Shown here in pieces: positions 63,477 to 64,000 of a DNA stretch of 64,000 nucleotides. Source of the stretch: Anaeramoeba ignava BMAN (Eukaryota > Protista > Anaeramoebae); contig JAPDFW010000064.1 of assembly GCA_028826165.1 (NCBI GenBank), positions 484,099 through 548,098 on the forward strand, written 5' to 3'. Position numbers and translations under genes: made by a program. The notes under the pieces were generated by a model. It had not been told where the DNA came from, ran no database searches, and saw nothing but the letters and a program-made list of their open reading frames with translations. Position 1 is the stretch's first letter. Each line of letters opens with the position of its first letter.

Positions 63477-64000
63477 ATGGATATTTGGCACGCAATAAAA
63501 ACAAATAATTATTCTTTTTTGAAAAATATTGAATCTTTAAAAAACACAAACCTTCAAAAAAATCGAGAAAGCATTTTGAATTATGCAATTACAAAGAACG
63601 CTCCAATTAAAACAATAAAAATATTATTGAAAAAAGAGGCCAATCCCAATGAATTTGATAGTTCTGGAAGAAACTCTTTACATTTGGCTTGTTTTGAAAA
63701 CAAAAGAATAAAACTTGTTAAATTATTTATTGAAAATGGAGTTAATATGAATGCAAAAACAAATAAAAATAAAACTTGTTTACATATTGCTTGTGAAAAT
63801 TTAAAAACCTCAATTGAAATTATCAAGTTATTAATTGAAAATGGAGCTGATATTAACTCAAAAACAAAAGATAATGAAACTGCTTTACATATTGCTTGTA
63901 AAAATCAAAATATTTCATTTGAAATTATCAAGTTATTAATTGAAAATGGAGCTGATATTAATTCAAAAACAAATAAAAGGAAATAAAGACTTCTACATGT
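63477..64000 (+). CDS. Ankyrin-repeat protein, tandem paralogue 3, incomplete (stop at 63986, possibly an indel artefact; locus reaches the window edge)
   Basis: MDIWHAIKTNN N-cap resembles paralogue 2; ankyrin repeats follow. Confidence 0.8.

Noticed and set aside
1-64000. Inteins, transposases or reverse transcriptases
   Set aside because: No Hint-domain splice motifs, homing endonuclease, DDE or RT motifs, or terminal repeats were recognised by eye; an HMM scan would be needed to exclude them.
1-64000. Alternative genetic code as an explanation for fragmented ORFs
   Set aside because: TAA, TAG and TGA all terminate genes, and the breaks are explained by introns or frame changes rather than in-frame stops.

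Overview
Very AT-rich eukaryotic nuclear DNA in the standard code, with GT-AG spliceosomal introns. The style (Asn-Gln microsatellites, ankyrin-BTB gene arrays, occluding-loop-less cathepsin B, a TCATTTT initiator) suggests an anaerobic protist such as the metamonad Anaeramoeba; this is an inference. About 18 protein genes can be modelled by eye: a giant RNF213-like AAA+/RZ protein running off the left edge, RIB43A-like, ARC1/AIMP1-like, a hormone-sensitive-lipase-like gene, a shortened UBR4/BIG, a ZIP transporter, two cathepsin B genes, RPS15, DEX1-like, ARS2/SERRATE, an atypical E2F, GEMIN8-like, CH-RasGAP-PH, PRA1 and three tandem ankyrin(-BTB) genes. There are also two identical tRNA-Ile(AAT) genes and a candidate ~184-nt box C/D RNA. 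Structural highlights: (1) duplicated genes sit inside locus-specific minisatellite arrays at two separate loci; (2) several introns are inflated to 0.5-2.9 kb by ~12-nt satellites; (3) splice acceptors are all AAG or TAG, several preceded by oligo(A); (4) the RNF213 homologue has degenerate ATPase and RZ motifs; (5) a DARPin-like diversified ankyrin-BTB array. About a dozen small frameshifts fall in homopolymers or microsatellites and are most likely assembly errors. All family assignments come from recalled motifs, not database searches.
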